A stretch of DNA of 27,389 nucleotides, taken from the IMG/VR virus record IMGVR_UViG_3300030708_001067, positions 1-27,389 of that record; one strand, written 5' to 3'. The stretch comes from a virus. Taxonomy: Duplodnaviria; Caudoviricetes. The notes beneath the pieces are model-generated. The model did no database searches and had not been told where the DNA came from. It saw only the letters and a list, made by a program, of their open reading frames with translations. The first letter of the stretch is position 1; each line of letters opens with the position of its first letter. Position numbers and translations under genes: made by a program. Of this stretch, positions 6,152-15,775 are shown piece after piece.

Positions 6152-9100
6152 CTATCCTAAAATTTGATTTATTATAATAATTACGTCAGACACATTTAAA
6201 ACTCCATCTTGATTCATATCAGAAAATTCTAAATTTAATTCTTCGTAACCTAATATCATATTAACTGCTAAAACTACATCTAAAATATTAATATATGTAT
6301 CACCATTTAAATCTCCTAGTCCTTGTGGAGGTGGTTGTGTACCAAATTGCGTGAAATATTCAAAATCTTGGTTATTTATATCATTTTTAACTTCTAAAAC
6401 AAATTCTATAAAAGCATTTTCAGGATATATGTCAATTTTTTTATCAATTAATAATATGAAGTTTTCACTATTTGTTTGTTCATTTACAGAAACATTTACT
6501 AAATTACTTGCATCAACTTCACCCATAGGTATTTCTGTGTCTGCTACATAATCATCTCCATCATAATTAAATGAGTCAGATATAGTTCTTGCCCATATGT
6601 TATATTCAACGCTTGACTCAATGTTTGTTGTAACTAAAGCTAAAACAGTACCATTGTTTAATATATCATTATCAGGTATTAAGACTTGTAAAAATGGGTC
6701 TGGAACATAAGTGTATTCTTCAGTATTTATGTTTTCTTCAGTATAGTTAGGGTCATCTTCAGCATTTGGAAGCGTATAATTATCAGTTACATCATCACCA
6801 TTACCATTAACAATATCGCCAACATCTTCCTCTGCTATACTTGGATAGCCATATTCGCCACGATGTATTTGTACTGCCTCAACACTTACTTTAGATAATG
6901 ATTTGGATACTTTTGTAACAAAAAATACATCATATATAAGTTGCCCATTACGTTGTTCAGGCGTTGTATAATCATAACCAAATGCAAGTTTATCACCTAA
7001 AAGTTCACTAAATTTAATATAATCACCAGCTTCTAAAAACATATAATGAGGTGGCAAATCTATTTTTGTAATTAAATGTTGGTTACAATACCACATTAAT
7101 AATTTTTTTTGTAATTTTTCAGCTGTATATTCATCTCTTATGTAATCTGATTCAAAATCTAATTTAGATTCTTCTGGTAATTTTCCATAATAATTAATAT
7201 CATAAGCATCTGATTGGCTATATCCTAAGCCGTCTGTTGTAAGCTGGTCATAATTTTCATAAATACCACCACCTATATTGTATCCAGTTTGCTTATCAAA
7301 TTCACCATTACCATAATTCTTTTTATATTTTACATTAACAGAATTATAAACATCATCTAATTTTGTAAGTTCAAATGAATAGTTCAATACATCATCATTA
7401 CTTATAAATTGCACATCTTCATAACTAGTTATAATTTGTTTAATGCCAATAAATTTAAATTGTCCTGCACTATCAAATGATGGTATTAAAATTGAAGATT
7501 TAAACATTCCTTCAAATATTGATTTTGCTTCTGTTTGTTCGTTTAATGTAAATGCATATTGCCAGTTATCTTGTATATCAGTATCTTGATTATTTACAGC
7601 ACCTTCATATAATAACTCATCAGTAAGTATATTTTCTAATATGCCTTGAGCATTTGTTATTATATTTCCTTCTTTAACCCTACCACCAACACTTGCATAA
7701 TAATCTAAGTTAGCATAATCTTCTAAAATAAAATCTTGTATTACATATATTTCTTTTAAATTAGCAGAAACATAATTTACACCACCAAAAATTTGAATAC
7801 CCTTACCAAATTGTATAGAATCAAAAGCGTTTGTAGTATTAAAAGTATCTATAATATTACTGTATCCATCATTATGCAATAAACCATTTTCATACTCTAA
7901 CCTACCCCAGTCTTCATATTCATTTTCCACACCTATATCAGATGCTCTTTGTTCTATATACATATTATTAGTGGCATTTGGAAATGAAGGTGGTTGAGCC
8001 TGGTAAGCAGCTATAAAACTAAACCAAGTGTCTAAATCTTGTATTCCATAGCTTGGTCCAGATGTGCCAGTTTCTCTTAAAAATGTTTCTGCCCAAAAAG
8101 ATGCAAATCTTGGCTGTGAACCTCTAGTTACATTGCCTGTAGTATTTATTATATTTCCATTTGTAAAAAAACAAGCATCATAAAATATTTTAGTTACACA
8201 AGGAAAGTCGCCTATTGTAGAATCTTGATTTAAAAATAACCTTGCAAAACAACCTGAAAGTAGCCAATCATTACGATTGGTAACTGTACTTGTTATATTT
8301 AATCCACTATTTGAATCATTGTTTTGTATAATATCAACAGGAAATTTACCTGCTTCTTCATATCCATTATAATAAGATTTCCAATTTTCATCAATAAAAT
8401 CATCTAATACTGCTATTTCACCTAAATCACGAGCATTATTAACTTGTGTAGGTTGCCAAAATTTTAAAACTTGCCCATTTTCAGGTCCATCACTCCAAAA
8501 TTCATCATATAAATCTTGAGCCATTTGGTCGTTATTGTTAGTACCTTCTAAATCATCAAATTGACCAATATTATTTGTAATTCTTTGCATACTTCCATCA
8601 TCATTCCTATAACCAATAAATTTTTGATTTGGGTCTTGTTGATGACCTTGTAATCCAGTATTTAAAGCATAAAAGGAAACATTTACTATGGGTCTATACA
8701 TTCTAGATGGAATAGCAAAAGTTTCTTCTTCATCATCAGGTTGAGTTGTGTCTAGGTATGCATCAGAATTTAATATAATATTAGGTGAAGTATCACTTGT
8801 TGCATTATTAAAACTATAAAATTCTAATTCTTCAACATCATAAATACCACTACCAAAATGTTTTGGACCTTTTTCATATATAGAAACAAAACCTTCTTTA
8901 TAGGCACTTAAATACTTATTCTGTCTTAAATATCCACTATCTACCAATGGGTGTCCTTCTTTAATTACAGGGTTTGAATAATAATCACCCAACCAATGAC
9001 CTGATATTTCTGTATTAGGTTTTTCTAATTCAAGAGTATCTAAACCTTTTTTAATCGTTGGACTATTATCAACATAACCATAAACTAAAGGATAAGGTTT

Positions 9101-9640
9101 ACCTATATCATCTTGTTTATATACTAATTCATCTTCTATTAATGTAGATGGTATTTTAGTTTTTAATTTTTGTTCAGTTAAATCTTCTAAAGTTATGTTT
9201 ATAGTTTCTGCCGATTGACTATAACGTCTAATAGTACCAGTATACACTAAAAGACAATCATCTAAAGTTTCTAATCCATTAGCAGCATAATACACTTGTA
9301 CTACTGCATTTAGTAAACTAGGAATATCGTCTGAAAAAATCTTACCATTATAGGGTGCATTTGATATAGATAAAGATACATTAGAAATTGTGTATTTATT
9401 GTTTATAATGTCTGCTTTTGAGCTAATAGAAGGGCTATTAAGTAATAATGGAGCATAATGCTCATAAACATCGGCTAAATTTTGTATAAACGCTTCTTTA
9501 ATTGAAAGGTTTATTGATTCTGCATTATCAGGTATAACATCATCTATTTGATAATCTTTAAATATTCTTACTAAAGGATATAAAGATGTAACTACGCCAC
9601 TACCTATTGCTTGTTTAAATTTAGGAGGTAAATTAAGCAT
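6152..9640 (-). CDS. Tail hub/central fibre-like protein with C-terminal dockerin domain
   Basis: Directly follows the tape measure; PYPLVYG and VYNSVNVKY...YIRDEYTAEKL tail-tip motifs; ends GDLNGDTYINILDVVLAVNMILG...DMNQDGVLNVSDVIIIINQILG. Confidence 0.8.
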   Translation of the reverse strand: MLNLPPKFKQAIGSGVVTSLYPLVRIFKDYQIDDVIPDNAESINLSIKEAFIQNLADVYEHYAPLLLNSPSISSKADIINNKYTISNVSLSISNAPYNGKIFSDDIPSLLNAVVQVYYAANGLETLDDCLLVYTGTIRRYSQSAETINITLEDLTEQKLKTKIPSTLIEDELVYKQDDIGKPYPLVYGYVDNSPTIKKGLDTLELEKPNTEISGHWLGDYYSNPVIKEGHPLVDSGYLRQNKYLSAYKEGFVSIYEKGPKHFGSGIYDVEELEFYSFNNATSDTSPNIILNSDAYLDTTQPDDEEETFAIPSRMYRPIVNVSFYALNTGLQGHQQDPNQKFIGYRNDDGSMQRITNNIGQFDDLEGTNNNDQMAQDLYDEFWSDGPENGQVLKFWQPTQVNNARDLGEIAVLDDFIDENWKSYYNGYEEAGKFPVDIIQNNDSNSGLNITSTVTNRNDWLLSGCFARLFLNQDSTIGDFPCVTKIFYDACFFTNGNIINTTGNVTRGSQPRFASFWAETFLRETGTSGPSYGIQDLDTWFSFIAAYQAQPPSFPNATNNMYIEQRASDIGVENEYEDWGRLEYENGLLHNDGYSNIIDTFNTTNAFDSIQFGKGIQIFGGVNYVSANLKEIYVIQDFILEDYANLDYYASVGGRVKEGNIITNAQGILENILTDELLYEGAVNNQDTDIQDNWQYAFTLNEQTEAKSIFEGMFKSSILIPSFDSAGQFKFIGIKQIITSYEDVQFISNDDVLNYSFELTKLDDVYNSVNVKYKKNYGNGEFDKQTGYNIGGGIYENYDQLTTDGLGYSQSDAYDINYYGKLPEESKLDFESDYIRDEYTAEKLQKKLLMWYCNQHLITKIDLPPHYMFLEAGDYIKFSELLGDKLAFGYDYTTPEQRNGQLIYDVFFVTKVSKSLSKVSVEAVQIHRGEYGYPSIAEEDVGDIVNGNGDDVTDNYTLPNAEDDPNYTEENINTEEYTYVPDPFLQVLIPDNDILNNGTVLALVTTNIESSVEYNIWARTISDSFNYDGDDYVADTEIPMGEVDASNLVNVSVNEQTNSENFILLIDKKIDIYPENAFIEFVLEVKNDINNQDFEYFTQFGTQPPPQGLGDLNGDTYINILDVVLAVNMILGYEELNLEFSDMNQDGVLNVSDVIIIINQILG

Positions 9641-11547
9641 TAACCGATACCAAAATCGCTACCTCTACGGACAGCTTCTTTAATTGATTCTGCAAGTTCA
9701 CCTTCTACAAAATCTTGTGTTAAAACATTACCTGTAACGCTTACGTTAATACTAGCACCACCACCTGTTTGGTTCATTTGGTTAAGGGTTTCTAAGCCGA
9801 TAGATTCTACTGCATTTCTACTCATTACAAACTCGCCACGTTCTGCTTCTATAATAGTACCACCTTGTGAGTGTCTATTGCCACCTACATAACCACCTTG
9901 TTCAAATTGTAAAGGACCACTTGTAGCACCTCCACCGACAGAATTAGATACGTTTGATGATGCACCTGAAAGTACAGAACCTAAAGCACCAGCCATAGCT
10001 GCACCAAGTGCTGGAACACCTAAACTTAGTGGATATGGTATCTTAGTCATAGCCTCTGCCATATATGTCATTACAGCTTCTTGAAGTTTAGCTGCTATAA
10101 CCGCTTTAGCAGCAGCAACAGCAGCATCACCTGCATTTTTATAACCTTGACCAACTTGGAAAGATGATTGTAAAAGTTGTTGATTAAGTTGTATTTCTTT
10201 TTCTAAAATATCTGTGCCATCTTCTTTTTTCTTTTGTAATTCATCAAGTTTTTCTATTAATCTATTTAAACCTTTTATTTGCTCAGGATTTAATTTGTTT
10301 TCATCTTTTAATTTATTTGCATATTCAATTTGTGCTTTTAACAGTAATATTTGTGCTTCTTCTGTTTTTTTGTATTCTTTTGTTAATAAATTTTGCATAT
10401 CAAGCATTTCTTGTGTTGGTGTTACAGCAACAAAATTTTTATTTAATTGGTCTAAAATTAAAGATGTATTAGACGCAGTAGTGTTAAAATTTTTCATATT
10501 ATCTTCTGCATCATCAAATATACCAGACATAGCTAATACTTCTGCTGCTAAAAATCCTGCTGCTGTAGCTAAAGCACCCCAACCTAACATAGTTTGTCTA
10601 AGAATCACAGCTTCTAATTGTTTTCTATATAATATCATAGCACCTACAAGACTTACACTAATTACAGTTGCTAATGCTTTCACTCTTTCAGGTGTAATTC
10701 CTTCTGCAATAGCAGTTAAAGCAGTTGTTAGTGGTTCTACTATTGGCAAAAATCCTTCACCAATAGCAACAGAAGCATCATCAAAAGCAGCAGCTAATGC
10801 TTGAAACTTTTGGTCGGTAGTTAAAACTTCTTCTGGTAAATTTTGTAATTTTTCTCTAGCAGCATCTAATGTAGCATTCATAAATGCTTGTTTTTTTTCT
10901 GCATCTGTTAAATTATTAACATTTTTCTTTAATTCTTTTGCATACTCTTCATATGCTTCTTCTGACTTAACAACAATACCTATATTATCAAGCATAAGTC
11001 TTGATTGACGACCAATACCAGTTACCAATGATTCTACAGAACTAGCTGTATCTCTACCAAGTGCAGCACCAAGACGTTGTGCCATATCAAACATTTCAGA
11101 CATTTCATCAGAGTTTTTAGTAACACCAAGTATCATAGCATTGTTTGCTTGTTGAAATAAATCAAATTCACTTAATGTACCATTAGTTGCTTCTTTAAGT
11201 TTATCAACTGCTATAGATGCTTTTTCACCACCACCCGCTAGTGTATTAAAAGCAGTTTCCATTTGATTTACTTTTGCTGCTTCTTTAGTAAAATTAATTA
11301 CCTGCCTAATACCAAGACCCATAGCAAAGTTAAATAGTAATATATGTGAACGCATTGTAGCAAATGAATGGTCTAATAATCTATTAGATGTTAATAATCC
11401 GTGATTTGCTTTAGTTTGTGATTTTGTAACAGTTGTGGCTTGTTTAGTGGTTGCTGTTACACCTTTTTGTGCTTTTTCTAATTTTTCTATAGCACGAATT
11501 AATTCACCGTGATTTTCTGGTTTAAACCTTACGATAATATCAGACAT
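9640..11547 (-). CDS. Tail tape measure protein
   Basis: Ala-rich helical; LVTGIGRQSRLMLDNIGI motif; C-terminal FEQGGYVGG..HSQGG..IEAERGEFVM; follows the chaperone pair. Confidence 0.9.
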   Translation of the reverse strand: MSDIIVRFKPENHGELIRAIEKLEKAQKGVTATTKQATTVTKSQTKANHGLLTSNRLLDHSFATMRSHILLFNFAMGLGIRQVINFTKEAAKVNQMETAFNTLAGGGEKASIAVDKLKEATNGTLSEFDLFQQANNAMILGVTKNSDEMSEMFDMAQRLGAALGRDTASSVESLVTGIGRQSRLMLDNIGIVVKSEEAYEEYAKELKKNVNNLTDAEKKQAFMNATLDAAREKLQNLPEEVLTTDQKFQALAAAFDDASVAIGEGFLPIVEPLTTALTAIAEGITPERVKALATVISVSLVGAMILYRKQLEAVILRQTMLGWGALATAAGFLAAEVLAMSGIFDDAEDNMKNFNTTASNTSLILDQLNKNFVAVTPTQEMLDMQNLLTKEYKKTEEAQILLLKAQIEYANKLKDENKLNPEQIKGLNRLIEKLDELQKKKEDGTDILEKEIQLNQQLLQSSFQVGQGYKNAGDAAVAAAKAVIAAKLQEAVMTYMAEAMTKIPYPLSLGVPALGAAMAGALGSVLSGASSNVSNSVGGGATSGPLQFEQGGYVGGNRHSQGGTIIEAERGEFVMSRNAVESIGLETLNQMNQTGGGASINVSVTGNVLTQDFVEGELAESIKEAVRRGSDFGIG

Positions 11548-11959
11548 CTTTTTTCGCTTTCTCTTGTATCATTTTACTCTTTTTCGCCATCGCATTTTTA
11601 ATTATAAAAAAATATTGTACCCATCTTGCAGGTTGTTCACCATAACTACCTGAGTATGCTGGTGTGCCTGTTTCAGTGCAATATATGTATTGATTAAGAA
11701 GTTTAATATACTTCTCATCTCTAACGTGATTTACACACGCAAAGAAAGGTAATTGTGCAGATATACTTTTTGCCACATCAAAATCCTTTCCCTTTTCTTC
11801 GTTAAAATTCTTTGTTTCTTGTGCAATTAACTCAATAACTGCCCAAACATCATCTTGTGATTCAAACTCTCGTGTTTCGTATCCGTTTTCCGTCTTTACA
11901 GGTAACTGTGCTTCGTATGGAAATTCACAATAAGAACAGCCTCCACAGCCGTCAGACAA
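11540..11959 (-). CDS. Tail assembly chaperone, frameshift extension (gpT-like part of G-T fusion)
   Basis: Between the G-like gene and TMP; only a TTG start without RBS; in the -1 frame and open through the slippery site. Confidence 0.7.
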   Translation of the reverse strand: MSDGCGGCSYCEFPYEAQLPVKTENGYETREFESQDDVWAVIELIAQETKNFNEEKGKDFDVAKSISAQLPFFACVNHVRDEKYIKLLNQYIYCTETGTPAYSGSYGEQPARWVQYFFIIKNAMAKKSKMIQEKAKKDV

Positions 11960-11970
11960 TATAGTCAGCT

Positions 11971-12252
11971 CTACTTGGAGGCTTTCTCTTCCCCCACTAA
12001 AAGATACTCCTGCATTTTAACAAAAATATCAGTTCTATCTTTTAATGTAAGTGTTTTTAGAAACTTATCAGATGTATCGCCGTCAATACAAATTCGTAAC
12101 CATTTAGTAATCGTACTATTCATCATCTTCATACCTTTAGGATTACCTTTTTCATCGTATTGATACTCTACTGAATCAAGAAGTTCATCTCTTTCATCTA
12201 TAGATACATCTTTTAACTTAATCTTATTACCAGATTTTAGTTTGATTTCCAT
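11971..12252 (-). CDS. Tail assembly chaperone (gpG-like)
   Basis: Position after the tail tube; AAGGA RBS; GGGGGAA near the 3' end. Confidence 0.75.
   Translation of the reverse strand: MEIKLKSGNKIKLKDVSIDERDELLDSVEYQYDEKGNPKGMKMMNSTITKWLRICIDGDTSDKFLKTLTLKDRTDIFVKMQEYLLVGEEKASK
11989..11995 (-). other. Programmed -1 ribosomal frameshift site GGGGGAA
   Basis: Minus strand GTG GGG GAA; -1 frame reads ..GGRESLQVELTILSDG.. into the downstream ORF. Confidence 0.7.
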
Positions 12253-12272
12253 TGTATTTCCTTTTATTTATT

Positions 12273-13292
12273 TTATAGAGCTACTGTAAGCACAGCACCG
12301 TTTGAATCGTTACCAACTGCTTTTACAGAACAATCTAACATCATAATGTCGCCTTCATTAAATGCAACATTAGTTAATATACCTTGATGTATTTTATAAC
12401 CAAAAGTATCATTAGCTGGTGTAGCTACATTTGCAAGTTTTGTTTCTGCTACACTACTAGAGCCTGTTTGGCTTTGGAATGTAGATATTAACGCTTCTGT
12501 ATTACCATCATATTTTACAGACATATCTGTTGTTACAGACATTTCAGGTGCTCTTGTTACTGCTTGTGCATTACCATTTGCATCATAACCTATAAATATA
12601 GCATCATTTTCAATATTTAAAGAAAACGATTGTGGTATTACATTGGCAACACCGTGCATTATTCTAAATTGTGAATCTGCTGCTTCTGTCATAAAAGCAT
12701 CATCTGTTCCTAATGCAGAAATAGTTCCATCAGCTTCTGAAAGTTCAGATTGTACTGAACCAGTTTTAGCTGTTACAGAATATTTAAGTCTACCTGCCTC
12801 TGTTCCTAAGTCACCACTTATTGTTAATGATGTTACAACGCAATCTTTTAAAAGCATTGTAGAAGCTGAGTTAGGCGATTCTATTGCAAATGTTAATACT
12901 AAATTATCTGTAGCATCAACAGTTTCTTCATCATCTACATCTCCTGCACCAATAACAGCAGGTGTGAAGTTAGAGTTTAGTGTATGCACACCACTTGATT
13001 CACCATTTAATATGTTTTCTAAAAACAAATCTGCATAACTTTCTTTTAAAGTTCCAGAAAAACTAATTTCTGTGCTTGTAAGTTTGTTTGTTTGAAATAT
13101 ATCTTTACTTTGTACCATATAACCTGAACCTGCTTTCATATCAAGCACTTGTATAGGGTTCAAACTAGGAAAAGATATAGAATCAACATCTAATCTGGTC
13201 ATACCACTTTTAATAGATTGACCGTAAGCAGTTTGTGCTTGTACTCCAACTATAAACTCATTTGCTGAATGGCTTTTATATTTTAATCCCAT
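12273..13292 (-). CDS. Major tail tube protein
   Basis: Position between terminator and chaperones; beta-rich, DCVVTSLTISG and SFSLNIEN motifs; no sheath gene nearby. Confidence 0.75.
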   Translation of the reverse strand: MGLKYKSHSANEFIVGVQAQTAYGQSIKSGMTRLDVDSISFPSLNPIQVLDMKAGSGYMVQSKDIFQTNKLTSTEISFSGTLKESYADLFLENILNGESSGVHTLNSNFTPAVIGAGDVDDEETVDATDNLVLTFAIESPNSASTMLLKDCVVTSLTISGDLGTEAGRLKYSVTAKTGSVQSELSEADGTISALGTDDAFMTEAADSQFRIMHGVANVIPQSFSLNIENDAIFIGYDANGNAQAVTRAPEMSVTTDMSVKYDGNTEALISTFQSQTGSSSVAETKLANVATPANDTFGYKIHQGILTNVAFNEGDIMMLDCSVKAVGNDSNGAVLTVAL

Positions 13293-13480
13293 TATTTATC
13301 TCCTTCTTTAGCTTTGCTAACTTTTTTAGGACTAACCTCAACTACAAAATCTTTAGCGTATTTAGATACAGAATCAACCTCAATAACTTTACCATCATTT
13401 AAAGATTTCCAATCTTCTTTGCTAAAACCTCTGTATGAAAAGGAATTATCTATTTTTTTATCTTTTAGTTTTATTTTCAT
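13292..13480 (-). CDS. Small hypothetical protein (62 aa, MKIKLKDKK...)
   Basis: AGGAG RBS supports ATG 13480 rather than 13522. Confidence 0.7.
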   Translation of the reverse strand: MKIKLKDKKIDNSFSYRGFSKEDWKSLNDGKVIEVDSVSKYAKDFVVEVSPKKVSKAKEGDK

Positions 13481-13488
13481 AAAAACTC

Positions 13489-13932
13489 CTATCCTATGTT
13501 TCCGTGATGTTGTCCTTTCCATACAAATTGAACAACATATTCGTTTTCGTCATCTAAAGCGTTTAGCTCTGTAGATTCTATTCTACAGTTAAAACAATTT
13601 GTACTATTAGTATCATCTAACGTCATAGTAATATTGTCGTGCACTAACGCTTCAATTCTTGATACAAATCGTAAAACGTGGTCTAATGATGTTTTGTTTA
13701 CGTTAGGGTCTGAAAAGTAATAAAACATATTAACTTGAAATTCCCTAATCTCACCATTAACATTGTATTCACTTAATGTGCTACCTACAGGGTCTAGCCG
13801 TAAATATTGATTACCTTGCTCTTTTTGCTCGTGTCCAATATATACAGGTAGAGTACCCTTAAATTCTGTTCTTAATACGTTCCTTAATTTATTAAGAATA
13901 TTGGTAAAGTTGTTAGTAAAAGTTACTGGCAT
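13489..13932 (-). CDS. Tail terminator/completion protein
   Basis: Size, position before the tail tube and alpha/beta pattern. Confidence 0.6.
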   Translation of the reverse strand: MPVTFTNNFTNILNKLRNVLRTEFKGTLPVYIGHEQKEQGNQYLRLDPVGSTLSEYNVNGEIREFQVNMFYYFSDPNVNKTSLDHVLRFVSRIEALVHDNITMTLDDTNSTNCFNCRIESTELNALDDENEYVVQFVWKGQHHGNIG

Positions 13933-14897
13933 TATAATTCATATCTCCTATATGATGAAACTCTAGTTCTAGTCATTTTAACTGATTTACCAGTAGAAGC
14001 ATCGACATCTTCATAAGCACCAAATACTTCTATTTCCCACTCATCATTTTGTATTGCATCGGCACTACCTGCAAATCTTATTTCAAGACCACCTGCAAGT
14101 GGTTGATAATCACCAGAAATAACTTTATCACTTATTGCTAAATTACTTTTAAGGCTATTTGAATCTTTAGTGTAAACACTATATGTTGCTGTGCCTAAAG
14201 CTCCAGCTGTTGTAATAACAACTTTAATTAAATCATAAGTACCAAACCAATCACCTCTAGTATCTACAGGTCTTATAGCACCTGCTGTATTGTAAACAAC
14301 ATCTCTAACTACACCTTGAGATGAATCTCTTGTTACTTGCCAAGATAATGCAGCCTTGCCCTGATTAATGTTTTCTATGTTTTGCATCGCTTCTTCCATA
14401 AGAGCATTAGCAAGTTCACTATTAGGGTCGTGGCTTTTAATCATAAAGTTAGCAGCAATCAAAGCCGTAGTACGAATAATAATAAAGTCATAGTTACCTT
14501 CTTTATCTTTCCAAGCCTCTTTAGGCATATTAGGGTCTAACATACTATCAAGGTATCTACTAGCATCAGTTCTGTACTGTGTTACCATAGCAGTAAATTC
14601 TTCTCCTGCTTCCATCAATTTATCTTCAGGAGTATTAGCAGAAAAATAATAAAGCACATCTTCAGCAGAATTGTAAAACCATTCACCTTCAACATTTAAA
14701 TCAGTATGTGCTGACTGTGCAGGTCCTAAATCTTCTCCATCGGCAAATAATTGAGTTACTAAACCACTATTATGTGCTGCGTATTTATTAGTTGTAACTT
14801 CTTTCCAACCATAAACTGGCTTTTTATTATCAAAAGTATCAAGTTGTGGAAATACTCTTTTTAATTCTTTGTGTGTACAATATATTGGTGCTGCCAT
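13932..14897 (-). CDS. Head-tail adaptor-like protein with extra domains
   Basis: N-terminal YCTHKELK; ASRYLDSML and AMQNIENINQGKA adaptor-like helices. Confidence 0.55.
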   Translation of the reverse strand: MAAPIYCTHKELKRVFPQLDTFDNKKPVYGWKEVTTNKYAAHNSGLVTQLFADGEDLGPAQSAHTDLNVEGEWFYNSAEDVLYYFSANTPEDKLMEAGEEFTAMVTQYRTDASRYLDSMLDPNMPKEAWKDKEGNYDFIIIRTTALIAANFMIKSHDPNSELANALMEEAMQNIENINQGKAALSWQVTRDSSQGVVRDVVYNTAGAIRPVDTRGDWFGTYDLIKVVITTAGALGTATYSVYTKDSNSLKSNLAISDKVISGDYQPLAGGLEIRFAGSADAIQNDEWEIEVFGAYEDVDASTGKSVKMTRTRVSSYRRYEL

Positions 14898-15142
14898 TAC
14901 TTACCTCTCATCTTTCTTCTCACCTTTTTAGAGTAACTTGCTCTTTGTTTACCTGCTTTTGTAGCACGTCTTTTTTTTCTATTTTCATAAGCCTTTTGTG
15001 AAGGTGTTAAACTATCTCTCACAGATTTAGGTAAATATCTACCTCTTTTAGATTTTGGTTTCTTTTTATCTTTTTTAGATATGTAATCCCACTTTTGTGC
15101 AGTCCATTTTTTTAAGGACTTCTGTGATTTTTTTAAAGCCAT
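14897..15142 (-). CDS. Highly basic small protein (DUF5872-like part)
   Basis: KSQKSLKKWTAQKW...GRYLPK; K/R-rich; family recalled, not searched. Confidence 0.7.
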   Translation of the reverse strand: MALKKSQKSLKKWTAQKWDYISKKDKKKPKSKRGRYLPKSVRDSLTPSQKAYENRKKRRATKAGKQRASYSKKVRRKMRGK

Positions 15143-15327
15143 TACCTATAACCTCCACCTTTAGCTTTATATTGTCTAGCCAACATTTGTGCTTTACGAG
15201 CCGACCATTGTCCTGCTCTACCACCTTTACTACCTGCCTTTATTTTATAAAACAACCTTTTACGCATAGCAGGTTTTGTGTAATTACCTGCTTTGTTTAC
15301 TGTGCTTTTTCTACGTTTTCTTGCCAT
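15142..15327 (-). CDS. Highly basic small protein (DUF5872-like part, 61 aa)
   Basis: YTKPAMRKRLF..IKAGSKGGRAGQWSARKAQMLARQYKAKGGGY; start 15327 avoids a long overlap. Confidence 0.75.
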   Translation of the reverse strand: MARKRRKSTVNKAGNYTKPAMRKRLFYKIKAGSKGGRAGQWSARKAQMLARQYKAKGGGYR

Positions 15328-15331
15328 ATAC

Positions 15332-15589
15332 TTACCACATCTTGCAAGACCAATATCTTGCAGTTGTTTTATCTTTTGCTGTTGCACATCTATGTCTTGC
15401 TCTAAACGATTTACGTCTAGCAGGACTAGATTTTTTAATTCTCATATTAGGGTCGCCAAAAGTTACTCTCTTTACTTTACTTCCATCTTTAACAAAGACT
15501 TGGAACTTTTTTCTACCATAACTTGTTTGACCTTTTCTAATACGACTTGGCTTATTTAATCTAACTGATTTACCTTTGTATTTAGCCAT
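15332..15589 (-). CDS. Highly basic small protein (DUF6321-like)
   Basis: KKFQVFVK...VTFGDPNM..K...PARRKSFRARHRC...TARYWSC..W. Confidence 0.75.
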   Translation of the reverse strand: MAKYKGKSVRLNKPSRIRKGQTSYGRKKFQVFVKDGSKVKRVTFGDPNMRIKKSSPARRKSFRARHRCATAKDKTTARYWSCKMW

Positions 15590-15774
15590 TATTTACCCAC
15601 TTTCTTCATAGCAATTTTATGGGATTGTGTAAAAGTTTTACCTTTACGCATAGCTGTAGCCATAGAACGTAAATGTTTGGCTGTATGATGAGTTTTGTGT
15701 CTTCTCATCGCAGTTTTTTGTCTTTTAGTAAGACCTCTAATGCTAACACCTTTAACATAATCACTTTTAGGCAT
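15589..15774 (-). CDS. Highly basic His-containing small protein
   Basis: LTKRQKTAMRRHKTHHTAKHL..M...G.TFTQSHKIAMKKVGK; stop overlaps the next start. Confidence 0.75.
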   Translation of the reverse strand: MPKSDYVKGVSIRGLTKRQKTAMRRHKTHHTAKHLRSMATAMRKGKTFTQSHKIAMKKVGK

Positions 15775-15775
15775 T

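Noticed and set aside
6144-6154. TAG read-through fusing the dockerin hub to the cohesin-like gene
   Set aside because: TAG AAA TAA gives a second in-frame stop, and the next ORF is in another frame
10214-10804. 196-aa antisense ORF (and similar ones at 12643, 16788, 18226, 22280, 1233, 23790)
   Set aside because: Shadows of well-supported genes on the opposite strand; S/A/F-biased, no RBS
15328-15387. ORF-track upstream starts (15387; also 13522, 3983, 3160)
   Set aside because: They cause overlaps; downstream ATGs have better RBS or stop-start coupling
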